From contig CAKKNE010000004.1 in assembly GCA_918797485.1 (NCBI GenBank), forward strand, positions 2,418,001 through 2,482,000: a stretch of DNA of 64,000 nt. The letters run 5' to 3'. Each line of letters opens with the position of its first letter. Positions within the stretch are counted from its first letter, which is position 1. The notes under the pieces were generated by a model. That model was given only the letters and a program-made list of their open reading frames with translations. It did not search any database and had not been told where the DNA came from. The position numbers and the translations under genes are program-made. Below are positions 52,601-63,783 of this stretch, in pieces. This DNA is from Pelagomonas calceolata. Taxonomy: Eukaryota.

Positions 52601-55600
52601 GTCGGCCACCGTAGCGGCGACATCAGCCATCCTCAGTTTTTTGTCAGCGACCACTTCCCGATTCAACACAAACCGCAGCACCCAAGGAGACATAGCCTTC
52701 GCATCAAAATCTTCGTCGGGCACCTCGCAGTAGGCTTGCACGAACTCGCGGTCCTCAGATACCACAGAGTCAGTAGCGTCGGGGTCGTACACGATCTGCG
52801 TCTTCACGGTCACGTCGCCGAGCGTCGTATGTTCGAGTTTGGCCTGGACGCCTCGCGCCTTCGCCTCGTCCTCCTTGCAGTGGTCCGCGAGATAAATTGT
52901 GAGCGATGGAGTTCGGACCGTTTTCGCGACGTTGAGGATCTCATTGAGTCGAGGCACACCGAGCGTGACGTTCTTCGCACTCACTCCGGCAAAGTGGAAG
53001 GTGTTGAGCGTCATCTGCGTGGCGGGCTCGCCCATGGACTGGGCCGCGAGCACGCCGCACATCTCGCCGGCGTGCGCGCGCGCCTGGACGAAGCGCGCCT
53101 CGACCTCTCCCACCAACCTGCGTTGACAACGGGTCGGCGGTTGTCGCGTCGATGGCGTATTGTGGAGTCTAGGCCGGGCCGCGGGCTTCGCTGTGGGCTC
53201 GGCCATTGGCTCGGCCGTAGGCTCGGCCCTGCGCTAGGCAAGGCCCGGCCCAGGCACACAGGTCCCGGCGGAGGTACGGGCCGGCGATGTGTGTGTAGAA
53301 TCGTCCCTCGTGCGGAGGCGACGGCCGGAGGCCAGGCGCGCCGCGGCGCCGCGCTCGGGACGCGCCAAGGCCGGGCTCACAGGGACAACATCGCGTCGAC
53401 GGCGCGGCGGCCGCGTGATCATATGACGCCATCGAGCCGACACGACGCCGCAAAGAAGTAAAAAGCAAAGGACGCCGCAAACAGCACCAGTCGAAGGCCG
53501 CCCGGTTCAGCCGGTGCTCGAACACCACCTTCCGAGCCGCCAGCGTGGACCTAACTAGAATCACAAATAATTGAGTAGCGTCGTCGGCCTCGGCGGCCGC
53601 CGCTGCGGTAGCTTCGGGCGATTGCTCATTCGATTCGCCGACGTCCCGTCGGCAAGTCCTGATGCGGACACACAAGCGCGTGACGCCCTCTAGAACCACG
53701 CGAGGATCTAGGACGGCCGTATCCAACCGCTCGCCGCACTCGAACTGCTTTTGGGCTGCCCACACTAACCGTTCCAAGTTCACAGGTAGCTGCGCAAAAG
53801 GATCCGCGTCGCGGTCCGGCTCGCGGCAAGCGAAGATCGCCCGCAACGCATCGCGATCGCCCTTCAACCTGTCTAACTCCGCCTCGAGCAACGTCTCGAG
53901 GTCCGGATCGGCCCGGCAAGCGGCCGCAACGTCCACATCTAGAGGAACGCCTTGCGTCACGGGACCCTGCTTGTCTCTCCCCTCCGCAAGGTTGATGGAG
54001 TAGGCCTTTCTCAGTTGATCATCCCCCAACAAAAGAGAGGGAAACTTTTGCTTCTCGACCCAGGCGCCGTCGCCGCCGTCCTCGCCGTACAGAAACTGCA
54101 CGACGTGGCCTTGGTTCGTTCGGACCGTGCCATCGTACTGGACAGCTGTCGACTCCATGGACTTGACCAATCTACGTTGTAAGTAACCGGTCTGGGCCGT
54201 TTTACAGGCCGTATCGATGAGACCCTCCCGACCGCCCATGGCATGGAAGAAGAACTCCTGCGGGCTGAGACCTCTCAGATACGAGTTCTCCACAAACCCT
54301 CTCGATTCGGGCCCCAGATCATCTTTCGCGAAATGAGGTAGGGTCCTTCTCCGGAAGCCGTAGGGTATTCTCTTACCCTCGACGTTCTGTTGGCCCACAC
54401 ACGCAATAATCTGACTGATGTTGATGTCGTTACCTTTGGACCCGGCCATGGCCATGGATTTCACGTTATTTGCCTCACTGATACTATCCTGGACAGATAA
54501 ACCCGCAGACGTCCGCGCCGCGTTCAGCACGCGGTTCACCATCGCTTCAAAGGACTCGATCATCGTCCGCCCGGGCTGGCACTCGAGTTCTCCTCTCTGC
54601 CCTCGTTGTACCAGTTGTTTGACCTTGTCCTTGGCCTCATCAATGATCGACTCAATATTTCGCATCGTCGACTGGTCCGCGACCGCATCCCCAATGCCGA
54701 TACTGAATGATACCGTCACCAACCAATTGTTCGTTAATGTCTGCACGCGATTAATCAAGTACATGGTCGCTTCCGAACCTTTTTCCAACCAGGTCACATG
54801 AATCAAACTTCCACCACTTGTCCCAAGGATCTTCTTGTCCATGACGCCCGTCAGCAGCTTGCCCTGATGAATGAGTACGGTCCCGTCGGACCAGTTCAGC
54901 GTGTCGGCGCCCTTCTTCGGGAACCGGTTGCCCTTGCCCTTGAAGTTTAGTTTGGGTATGATGAGGGAAAAGACCTGTTTCCCGGTCCACAACGGCTTCG
55001 GTTTGAGGATGGCCGGCGGCGGGATCACGCCGTCCCAGTCGTCGCCGACCCACATCAGTAAATTGAAGAGTAAATCCTGTTCGATGAACGTGTCTCGGGA
55101 CGTCATTCTCGCAGAGGCTAGTAGCGAATCTTGCACGATGCCCATGACCGGTTTATTGGATTGGGGCGACACGATATTCCTCGGCACCATCATGATCTGC
55201 TCGAGTTCCGCTTTCGCGGCGACCGACTGCGGGACGTGCCTGTGTTGGAAACAAAGGGTCGATGGCGTCCACGGCGATGGCGTGCCCGCGGCGTCGGAGT
55301 CTCGTGGCGCCCCTACGCCGTCGCCGCGACGCATGAAAAGTACAACAGACGCCGCTACGCACAAGTTCATCTCGTCGCCGTCGAAGTCGGCGTTGTACGG
55401 CGACGTGACGGAGAGGTTCAGTCGGAACGTCGAGTGGTCCAGCACCTTGACGCGGTGCGCCATGATCGACATCTTGTGGAGCGACGGCTGGCGGTTGAAC
55501 ACGATGAGGTCGTCGTCGCGCAGATGCCTTTCGACGACGAACCCCGTGTGTAACGCCAGATCATTCAAATGCTTCACGAAGCGGAGGTCTACGCGTCGCC

Positions 55601-57115
55601 CGTCGGCGTGGACGACGTAGCGCGCCCCCGGCCAGACCTCCGGGCCATTTCTTACGAGAGCTGAGAGTTCGTGGACGTTGTACGGCGCTACTCTTTCAGG
55701 CACCGTTAAGGTCTTCGCTATGGACCGAGGAACGCCGACCTGGTCCACACTTAGGTTCGGATCGGCCGTGATCACGGTTCTCGCCGAGAAGTCGACGCGC
55801 TTCCCCATCAAATTACCTCTTATACGACCTTCTTTACCTTTGAGCCGTTGTCTAATAGTCTTCAACGGTTTCCCGCCGCGCTGCTTTTCTTGCACTCCAT
55901 CTTTAGCGTTGGCCTCGTTGTCGAACAACGCGTTGACCTTGTACTGGAGCAATTCCTCGAACTGGGACACGATGTGGGGCGCCTCGCCCGCGCGACACAA
56001 TTGCTCCAAAGTTCTATTGGCTTTCACGATGTTCACGAGCTGGTGCGTCAGGTCGTCTTCGGACCGCTGGTTCGAGTCGCCGAGTTGTACACTGGGACGG
56101 ACGTGGGGCGGCGGCACCGGTAATACCGTGAGTAGGAGCCACTCGGGCCGCGCGTGTCGCGGGTCCAGGCCTAGCAGTCTCGCGTCGCGGTCGGACACGT
56201 TCCGCAGCACCTCGTGCGCCTTGTGCGCGCTCAGGATCTGCTTGCGGTCGCCGGAGCCTGCGTTGTTTCGAGGGTGAGCGTCTCGCGTCGACGGCGGTTC
56301 CCTCTCGCGACGCCAGCGACGCGCTGTCGACGCGTGCTCTCGACGCACGGCGCGCCGGCGGCGTCTCTGTGCGGCTCCAGCGCTCGACGCCATCGACGCG
56401 CAGGCGGCGCCGCGCCGATGGCGTCCACCACGAGAAGCCGTCGACGCGACGATGGCGTCGCGACGCGTGGCGCTCGCGCGAGGGACGCGACGCCGTCCAC
56501 CGGAAGGTCACAACCAGGACGCCGCCACAAACCGGGCACGTGCTCATCATCAGCTGAAAACTCGACCTCGATGCTCTGCGCGTTCCTTTTCCGGAACTGG
56601 GGCTGCAACGCGCCGCAGCCGTAGGACGCCTGCTCCGGGTCGCCGCCTTCTAAGATAGCGGCGTCCAACTCCTCCTTCGTCGCGAACTCGCAGCGCTTCT
56701 GCGTCCGACACAGCGCGTGCATAGCTTCTAACCTTCGCTGAGATTTCAACTTCTGCGCCGCCTGGACTCGATAATCGCTGGGATCGGCCATCAGTCTAGA
56801 ACAATGAAAACAGACGCACCGCAGGACCATCAAGGTCTCTTTCAGGTAACCGAGGTGGTAGCACGGCCTCGCTAATTCTATATGGCCGAAGTGCCCGGGG
56901 TCCTCCTTGTCATCTAGCGACCCCATTCTAGGATCATTCACGCCGCCGTAAACGCCCTTGCCGTCCAAGTACGTCTCATACTTTGAAATTCCCGCGTCGA
57001 CGGCGCGTTCGCGCGCGTTCGTTTTTTGGGTCACGGACATGTTCCGGATCTCATCGGGCCCCAGGATCCCGAACTGGACCCTTTTAATGGCGTGCGTGCG
57101 GCCCGTGAAGACCAT
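49622..57115 (-). CDS. RPB1: RNA polymerase II largest subunit; introns 56258-56532, 55240-55362, 53118-53487, 51989-52240 plus 13 CTD introns
   Basis: GHFGHIELA, GNLMGKRVDF, FNRQPSLH, YNADFDGDEMN, GGREGLIDTA, GEPATQMTLNTFH, SFEET; spliced CTD of YSPTSPA heptads; stop at 49622. Confidence 0.98.
49784..51323 (-). repeat. RPB1 CTD microexon/intron array
   Basis: Exons 51202-51221, 51110-51131, 51028-51048, 50931-50950, 50839-50860, 50749-50769, 50652-50671, 50560-50581, 50449-50469, 50343-50379, 50206-50216 and 49929-49959, each bounded by YAG and GT/GC; 279-bp higher-order period. Confidence 0.9.
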
Positions 57116-57455
57116 CTTGGCTTACCTTTGTCTTCTCTTCTCGTGGGGAGCGCTGTGATGTTATTGCGTCTGCGCGGCTGCTTTTGGGAGGAGCGCGTGG
57201 GCGCTCGTGTGGTGCGCGTCGCTGACCGTGTAGCACAGCTCTCGGAGCGGTGCGTCGCGCGGGCGGCGGGCCGCGGCGCCTGTTATATCAGCCGGCTGGA
57301 GAGGCAGGGCTGGGGGCGACGCTGCTGCGCCAGTGATCGAGCTGCGTACCGCGCCGTTTCGTTCCACCTCTGAGACGGCTTCCGGACAGTTCGTTCGGAG
57401 TAACTAGTGTTCCTTTGGCGCAATTAGGCGGCCGCGATGGAGACGCCGCTTGTTT

Positions 57456-57478
57456 CTAGTGTCTTTACAGACGCTAGC
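57456..57478. promoter_or_regulatory. Bipartite motif in the divergent RPB1/RPL27A promoter region
   Basis: ctagtgtctttacagacgctagc in the ~510-bp head-to-head gap. Confidence 0.6.
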
Positions 57479-57628
57479 TCGAATCGCCAACTTCCGTTTG
57501 CGGTCTGCAGAGCGGTGCGTCTAGCTGTCCAGCTTAGCGGAACGGCGTCTGAGACGGGTCCAGCTCCTAGCACCCAAACTATTGTCGCCGAGCGCGAGCG
57601 CATAGACAGGAGCTGTACAGACGCAACC

Positions 57629-58410
57629 ATGGCATGAATCGGCGTCCGCAGACGAAAGGAAGCACATTCATAGATGGGTGGTGGCTCTCGCTCAGCGATT
57701 TCGTGCTCGCGGCCGCCAAAAACGCGAGAGCCAGCCCTGCTACTGCAAAGCCCTGCCGAGCGCTCGAGCGCCGCGCGCGCCTGCCTAGCAGGCCGTCGCC
57801 GCCGACGCCAGCCGCCGCGGGAAGCAGCGGAGCGAGCGCTGGACGCGGGACGGCTCCCAAATACACACCGCGCCCGCCGAGACGACTCCGAACGCGAGCC
57901 GCAAACACCGACGCTCGGCCGCGCGGCGCGCACACCCCCAGAGAGAGAGCGCGCGCGTAACTAACCCCGCCTCCCCCAACGCAGCCGCTCACTCGGTTAA
58001 GCAAGAACCGCAAGAAGCGCGGCTCCGTGTCCGCGGGCCACGGCCGCATCGGCAAGCACCGCAAGCACCCCGGCGGCCGCGGCAACGCCGGCGGCCAGCA
58101 CCACATGCGAACGTTGTTTGATCAGTTCCACCCGGGTTATTTCGGTAAGGTCGGCATGCGCCAGTTCCACCGGACGAAGGCGCGCTACCACTGCCCCATG
58201 ATCAACGTCGAGATGCTCTGGAGCACGCTGCCCGAGGGCACGGTCGCGCCCGCCGGCCAGGCGCCGGTCGTCGACGTGACGCAGCACGGCTTCTTCAAGG
58301 TCGGCGGCAAGGGCCTCGTCGCGAAACCGATGGTCGTGAAGGCCAAATTATTTACCGCGGTGGCGGAGAAGAAGATCAAGGCCGCGGGCGGCGCGTGCAT
58401 CCTTGTCTAA
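57629..58410 (+). CDS. RPL27A: 60S ribosomal protein L27a (uL15); ATG alone in exon 1, GC-AG intron 57632-57984
   Basis: [37 protein letters not shown]|gcatgaatcggcgtcc...ctaac...cgcag|CCG gives [14 protein letters not shown]. Confidence 0.95.
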
Positions 58411-58435
58411 GTTGGTCTCGTTAATTCTCGCGTCG

Positions 58436-58836
58436 ACCGTGACCTAGGTTGCCATTTACCTGAGGGGTTATTTACCCCAGGCGCCGCCCGGGGGTAATTA
58501 CCCGGGTAATTACCGGTTAGTACGGGTTATTTACCTCAGGATCTTATAGAGGGGTAGGGGAGGGGGCCTCACGGGCCACTGGCGCGGGCCTGGGCGGCCG
58601 CGCCGGGCCACATGACTTGGTACTTGCCTTGGCGCACCTGTACGTATACAAAAGCTCAACGGGCTGCTTGCGCCCATCCGCTCGTCCGGGAGGGGACTTC
58701 GCTAATCTCACAAAACGGGGTTTAGTCGAAAACCCGTCGGGTAATTGAGCGGGTTATTTACCCCAGATCCCCTCCGAGGAGTAATAATGGGTAAATTACC
58801 GGTTATTAACCGGTTAATGGCAACCTAGACCGTGAC
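58436..58836. mobile_element. 385-bp MITE (58444-58828), hAT-like by its 8-bp TSD
   Basis: TIR ctaggttgccatt(t/a)acc (16/17); perfect TSD accgtgac at 58436 and 58829; repeated subterminal ggttatttacc/ggtaattacc motifs; non-coding. Confidence 0.93.
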
Positions 58837-58923
58837 GACGTCTCGAGTCTGAGTCGAGAGGGGATGCGTCGACGGCGTCGAGAGGGGGCGCGTCGACGGC
58901 GTCGAGGGGAGAAATACACAAAG

Positions 58924-59226
58924 CTACTTAGCGTCGGGCGCCTGCCCCTCGTGGAAGGCGATCAAACTATCCAACGAGTTCGTCTTCTGGACGGCCTGCG
59001 AGTGCGACGTGAGCGCGAGGAAGTAGGGTTGCGCCTCCTTGCGCTGCGGCTTCCAGCCCGCCGGCGTGTGCTGCGCCTCGGTCCAGGACTGGCGCATGCG
59101 GAGGCAGCCCGCGTGGAGCCGCAGCGTGTGGTCGATCATGCGCTTCTCCGTCGCGTCGTTGTTCTCCATCCAGCTCGCGATGAAGTGTGTAATGAAGTTC
59201 CCGCCGGGCGCTTGGACGGGGGGCAT
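58924..59226 (-). CDS. Small hypothetical protein (100 aa)
   Basis: ATG-initiated ORF MPPVQAPGGNFITHF with host-like codons; promoter motif upstream. Confidence 0.6.
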   Translation of the reverse strand: MPPVQAPGGNFITHFIASWMENNDATEKRMIDHTLRLHAGCLRMRQSWTEAQHTPAGWKPQRKEAQPYFLALTSHSQAVQKTNSLDSLIAFHEGQAPDAK

Positions 59227-59415
59227 GGTTGCTCGGCGCGGCAGCGGCGCGGCGGCTTGCGTGAGGGTGGGCAACAACAACCGGCGGCGGCGCGTCGGGG
59301 GGACCAGCGGCGGCCTGGCTGCGCTGTGGCAGTCCTCTGGAGACAAGCGCGCTGTGATCAGCCCGGTAGGGGCGGCGCGCGGCCGTGCGAGGTTGGGCAA
59401 GCGCAAAAACTAATA

Positions 59416-59438
59416 GCTAGCGGCCTATAAGACACTAG
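59416..59438. promoter_or_regulatory. Bipartite upstream motif
   Basis: gctagcggcctataagacactag. Confidence 0.6.
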
Positions 59439-59561
59439 TAATCACGCGATCTCCGCGACGAGTCCCCTGGGGCGGGCAGGGGTCCGCAAAACCCGTTCTG
59501 GTTGGTTAAGAAAGGCTAGGCTAGGTTAGGCAGAGTGAAGTATTCATAGTGATAATGGCAT

Positions 59562-60217
59562 TTATACGTGCACATGCCCCCGTTGTTCCTGCGACGGCGT
59601 CTTCGGGAGGGTAGGCTGGAGCGTGATGTGGCGTCGCTCGACGGCCTCGGGGTCGGTCCAGGAGACCTCCCGCGGTGTCGACGCGTTCGTCCGCGAGCCG
59701 GGCGGGGAATTGGCCCAGAGGTCGTCGGCGGGCGCGGGCGCCAGGCTGATGGACTCCGCCGTCCCACCGCCCGTCGAGTCGCTCACCGTGGTGCGAGTCG
59801 ACAGGCCCCGCAGGACCGCGGACGGCGACCGGAAGAGGTCCAGGCGCGACCGCGACCGCGCGCCCGACGACGGCGGCGAGTGCCGCTGCGTCGCCGTCCG
59901 CGCGAGGCGGTGATCGACGCGCCGCGCTCGACGGCCAGGCCGAAGACAGAAGAGCCGAAGATGGCCATGTCGAGGTCGCCGCCCTCCAATTTCTCAAGAG
60001 CGCGCTGGCCCGTTTGGTGCCGATAGAACGCGAAGCAGGCGCCCTCGCCGTCGAGCCACCGCGTCGGCGCCGCGACGGCGTAGGGCGCGAGGCCCTCGGG
60101 GTAGCCGATGCGGACGATGATGTCGCATGTCTCTGAGGCGTTCGTCGCGTTGCGCGCCTGGGCGCCGCTCACAGCGAGTAACCATAGCAGTGCTTTTTCG
60201 ATTATTGGCCCTCTCAT
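59562..60217 (-). pseudogene. Fragment of a type II substrate-binding-domain protein (TauA-like) joined out of frame to a low-complexity tail
   Basis: Signal peptide, IVRIGY, TGQRALEKLEGGDLDMAIFGSS; the domain breaks off after about 100 aa. Confidence 0.5.
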
Positions 60218-60432
60218 CGTCTCGCGTCGGAGGTCGTCTCTTCAAATCAATGCGACCGCATACATTTGCGCGATGCGAGGCGCACCGCGGACACTTTGAG
60301 TTTGAAAGTGTGCGGATGGTGTGCGGAGTTTGATGCCAAGTCTGGCCAAAAAATCGGGACGTGGGGGGGGGCGTTTTGGAAGGTACCGCTGGGCGGGGAC
60401 AAATGATTAGACTTATGTGTCTCCGTATGCCA

Positions 60433-60453
60433 CTAGTGTCTTAGCACGCTAGC
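60433..60453. promoter_or_regulatory. Bipartite motif between divergent genes
   Basis: ctagtgtcttagcacgctagc. Confidence 0.6.
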
Positions 60454-60589
60454 GCGTTCCCTTGGGGACAAAAAGGCGCCAAGCACCAGCATTCATTGCA
60501 CATTATACACCCGACGGCGCGCGTGAGCTCGCGCAGCTGTGCTGCTGCGCTGCAGAAGCTCAAACAATAAATAGCTGTGGCAAACTCAT

Positions 60590-61876
60590 ATGATGCTAAG
60601 CAGAGTCTACCGCAGCCTACGCGCATCGCTGGGCAAGCTCCGGCGGCTATTGCCTGGCAGCACTCGATATGAGCACGAACCAGCCACGCCCTCGGCTGCG
60701 GTATTGGAGACGCATCTCGTCGAGGCGGTCGCCGCGCACCTCGAGCTCGGCGACATGGCGCGCCTTGCGCTCGCGAGCACGCGCTGCCGGCGCGAGACGC
60801 TGTCGACCCTGAGCCGCGTGGATTTCGGCTGGCCGGTGCAGCGCGACCCGAAGCCAATCGTCAAGGCGCTGGCTCGGTCGTGGACGGCCCTCCGGTCGGC
60901 TTCGTTCGGAAACCTAAGCAGCCACTTGGTCACCGACGACCTCGCGGTCTACTTGCTCCGGAAATGCCGAACGCTGCGCGTCGTGGAGTTCTGGGGCTGC
61001 GACTACGTGACGGACGCGGTCGCGAAGGCCATCGCCCGCTACCTGCCGCGGATGGAGCAGGTGGCGTTCTGCGAGTGTAAATTAATCGGCGACCCTGCCG
61101 CCCATGCCCTCGCGCGCCGCTGCTCTAAGCTGCGGGAGCTGGAACTGGAATCATGCGCGGTAACGGACGACGGCCTCCGGGCGTTCAAAGGTAAGCGCAT
61201 GACTGATCTCGAGAGTCTCGGTTTGAACAATCTAGGGTCTTATGCTAATCGCATTTCTGACGTGTCCGTCGTGCCTATAATTCAAGGAACGTCGGGTCTT
61301 CTGCACACTGTCCATTTGTTTCGTTCTGCAGTCGGCGACGCGACGGTCGAGGCCATCGCCCGCAACTGCCCCGCCTTGGAGTACCTCGGCCTGTTCGGCT
61401 GCGATGCGGTCACGGACGCGTCCGTCATCCTGCTGGCTTCGGGGTGCCCCCGCCTTGAGAACCTGTTTTTGACCTCGCGACGCGTTTCCGATCGGTCCAT
61501 CATTCCTATGCTGCAGAGCTGTCCAGAACTGAAGTTCTTGGATTTGCGGGGTCCTGAACTGACCGACGCCTTCGTGGAACAGCTTATTCGCCAGCCCCCG
61601 CGGCGCATGGTAGCAAGAGAATATTCGCGGATTTCTATTCATAACGGCCCGTCGAGGGAACGTCTATTCGCGTTTCACCAGCTCTGCCACAGAAATGTCA
61701 CGATATTTGTGGGCGAGTGGGAACTTAACCGCGATGAGAACGAATGGCGTTGCGCGAGATATGCCAGCAACGTCTTTCAGCCGGCGCCCGCGCCCGCACC
61801 GCCTACCCCGGGCGGTTTCTCGAGCGACGAGTCCGAGTCGTCCGACGAGGACGATGTTGTCACTGTCAGTGAGTAA
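60590..61876 (+). CDS. F-box/LRR-repeat protein (cysteine-containing LRRs)
   Basis: Repeated CxxL..L.L.GC..VTD units; degenerate F-box near the N-terminus. Confidence 0.85.
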   Translation: MMLSRVYRSLRASLGKLRRLLPGSTRYEHEPATPSAAVLETHLVEAVAAHLELGDMARLALASTRCRRETLSTLSRVDFGWPVQRDPKPIVKALARSWTALRSASFGNLSSHLVTDDLAVYLLRKCRTLRVVEFWGCDYVTDAVAKAIARYLPRMEQVAFCECKLIGDPAAHALARRCSKLRELELESCAVTDDGLRAFKGKRMTDLESLGLNNLGSYANRISDVSVVPIIQGTSGLLHTVHLFRSAVGDATVEAIARNCPALEYLGLFGCDAVTDASVILLASGCPRLENLFLTSRRVSDRSIIPMLQSCPELKFLDLRGPELTDAFVEQLIRQPPRRMVAREYSRISIHNGPSRERLFAFHQLCHRNVTIFVGEWELNRDENEWRCARYASNVFQPAPAPAPPTPGGFSSDESESSDEDDVVTVSE

Positions 61877-61904
61877 CTATGTCTTGTATACTAGCTAGTG
61901 CGGC

Positions 61905-63470
61905 CTAGCCGTTCCGCGCCTTGAGGATCTCGAAGACCAGGTCCACGTTCACCCGCCCCATCTCCTCGAAGGCCGAAGTCCTAGTGACCGCGTCGAAGTT
62001 CGCGAGCACGAAGGCCAGACACTTCTCCCGCAAGGAAGCCGCCGCGTGCTGGTCCGCCGCGTGGAAGATGGTGGCCGCGTTCTCGACGTGGATGCTTCCC
62101 AACATTCTGGATTCGCACATTCTTTTGAGCCGTTCCACCCCAAATTGGTCTGCGGCCTGGAAAAGCTCCATGGCCATATCTAAGTCCACCTCGACATCAT
62201 CCGTGTACAGGTACTCGAGCAGCCGCAGGAAGATGTCCTTGCGCACGTCATTTATCGCGATCCTATCCATCAGCGACTCTCGCATGTCTCCAGTGAGCAA
62301 AGCCCGGAAGTAGGGGCACCGCAAACACAGAACCTTGTGGGCCGGGACCTCCTGGCCCTCGACGACGAAGGTGACATCTGACAACAACTCGGAATTGACC
62401 AGTTGTTTGAGGTCAGTCACGAGCGACGAAGCCGGAATGTCCGCGCCACCGAAACCAAACCGAAACTCCAGGAAGTCGTTCAGTCTATTGGAACCATCAT
62501 ACCCACCGAAGACATACAACGAGTCCTTGTGTGTCACAGCAACATGGCAGAACCGATGCCCCGGCGCGTACCCAGAAGCCTGCACGGGCGCCCAGCACTT
62601 CGCCTCGAGTCTCAATTCGTGGAAGTCGTTCATCGCGCTACCGGTAGACCCGCCAAAAACGAACATGCTCCCGCCGTGCGCGACCGCGACGTGCGAATCT
62701 CTCGGAATAGGTGCAGGGCCATCCGCTTGCATGGCAGACCAAGCTCTAGCTGAAAAGTCGAAGACGTGCACATCATTTAAGTGCCTTGTCCCATCGTGGC
62801 CGCCAAACAAGTACATGGCCTGGTCGTGGACGACGCATGTGGCTCTATAACGCGCTCTCGGTACTCGACCCTCACCAGTAATGGGCGCCCAGGCCCGCGT
62901 CACGAAATTGAACTCGTGGAAGTCGCATCTATAACTCCCATCATACCCTCCAAACACGTAGAACGAATCTCGGTGCACGACCGCCGCGTGCGAGTGTCTC
63001 GGGGATGGGGGCAGTCCTGACAACGCTCTAACGGGACTCCAAGCTCGCTCCGCGACGGCGAACTCGTGGAAGTCGTTGACGCGAGAGGTACCGTCAAACC
63101 CGGCAAACACATAAAACGACCCGCCCCAGACAACTGCCACGTGGCGATCCCGCGGCGACGGCGGCGTGCCCGACGACGGCCGCACCGTCGACCAGGCCCG
63201 TTTACCAAAATCAAATTCCCAGCAGTCGTTGACTCGGTGCGAGCCATCGTATCCCCCGAAGCAGAGCATGCGGTCGCGCCAGACCGCGGCGACGTGCAAC
63301 GACCGCTGGCACGGGCCGGCCCCATCCGGAGCGTTCGCGTCGGTCTGGACTCTAAGCCAAGCGCGCATCGCGTCCTGCTCATTCGACGGGGGCGGCGGCG
63401 GTCTTACAGAGGGTGGCGGGGGCGGCCGCGGCGGCGTCGTGGCCTCCTCTCCATCTAACTCGAGGGCCAT
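61905..63470 (-). CDS. Kelch repeat plus BTB/POZ protein (LZTR1-like)
   Basis: Six FGGYDG..R.ND kelch repeats; SDVTFVVEG..VPAHK.L...YF BTB domain. Confidence 0.92.
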   Translation of the reverse strand: MALELDGEEATTPPRPPPPPSVRPPPPPSNEQDAMRAWLRVQTDANAPDGAGPCQRSLHVAAVWRDRMLCFGGYDGSHRVNDCWEFDFGKRAWSTVRPSSGTPPSPRDRHVAVVWGGSFYVFAGFDGTSRVNDFHEFAVAERAWSPVRALSGLPPSPRHSHAAVVHRDSFYVFGGYDGSYRCDFHEFNFVTRAWAPITGEGRVPRARYRATCVVHDQAMYLFGGHDGTRHLNDVHVFDFSARAWSAMQADGPAPIPRDSHVAVAHGGSMFVFGGSTGSAMNDFHELRLEAKCWAPVQASGYAPGHRFCHVAVTHKDSLYVFGGYDGSNRLNDFLEFRFGFGGADIPASSLVTDLKQLVNSELLSDVTFVVEGQEVPAHKVLCLRCPYFRALLTGDMRESLMDRIAINDVRKDIFLRLLEYLYTDDVEVDLDMAMELFQAADQFGVERLKRMCESRMLGSIHVENAATIFHAADQHAAASLREKCLAFVLANFDAVTRTSAFEEMGRVNVDLVFEILKARNG

Positions 63471-63687
63471 GGCTTTGTGCGATTCTCGGCTGGCCGCGTG
63501 TCGCGGCGGCGTGCGCTTTTTCCCCTCGGCGTGCTGCGCTGTGTTCGGCTCGTGGAGGCCGGAGCGTCCGGCGCGCCTCGTCGCAGCGCTGTCGTACAGT
63601 GTTAGACCGCTGTCGTCGGTCTGTCGGCTCTGGGGATAGCCCAGTATTACAGCCGCAGCTCGAGTAAGCCGCCGCCGCTGTGAGCTT

Positions 63688-63710
63688 GCTAGCGTCTGTA
63701 AGACACTAGC
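63688..63710. promoter_or_regulatory. Bipartite upstream motif
   Basis: gctagcgtctgtaagacactagc, about 220 bp upstream of ATG 63470. Confidence 0.6.
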
Positions 63711-63783
63711 GCAAAGTGCGACGTAACTAGCCTCAGCCTCAAAAGCCTCCGCGACGCTTCAAGGAAACACAAAAACGAGCACA

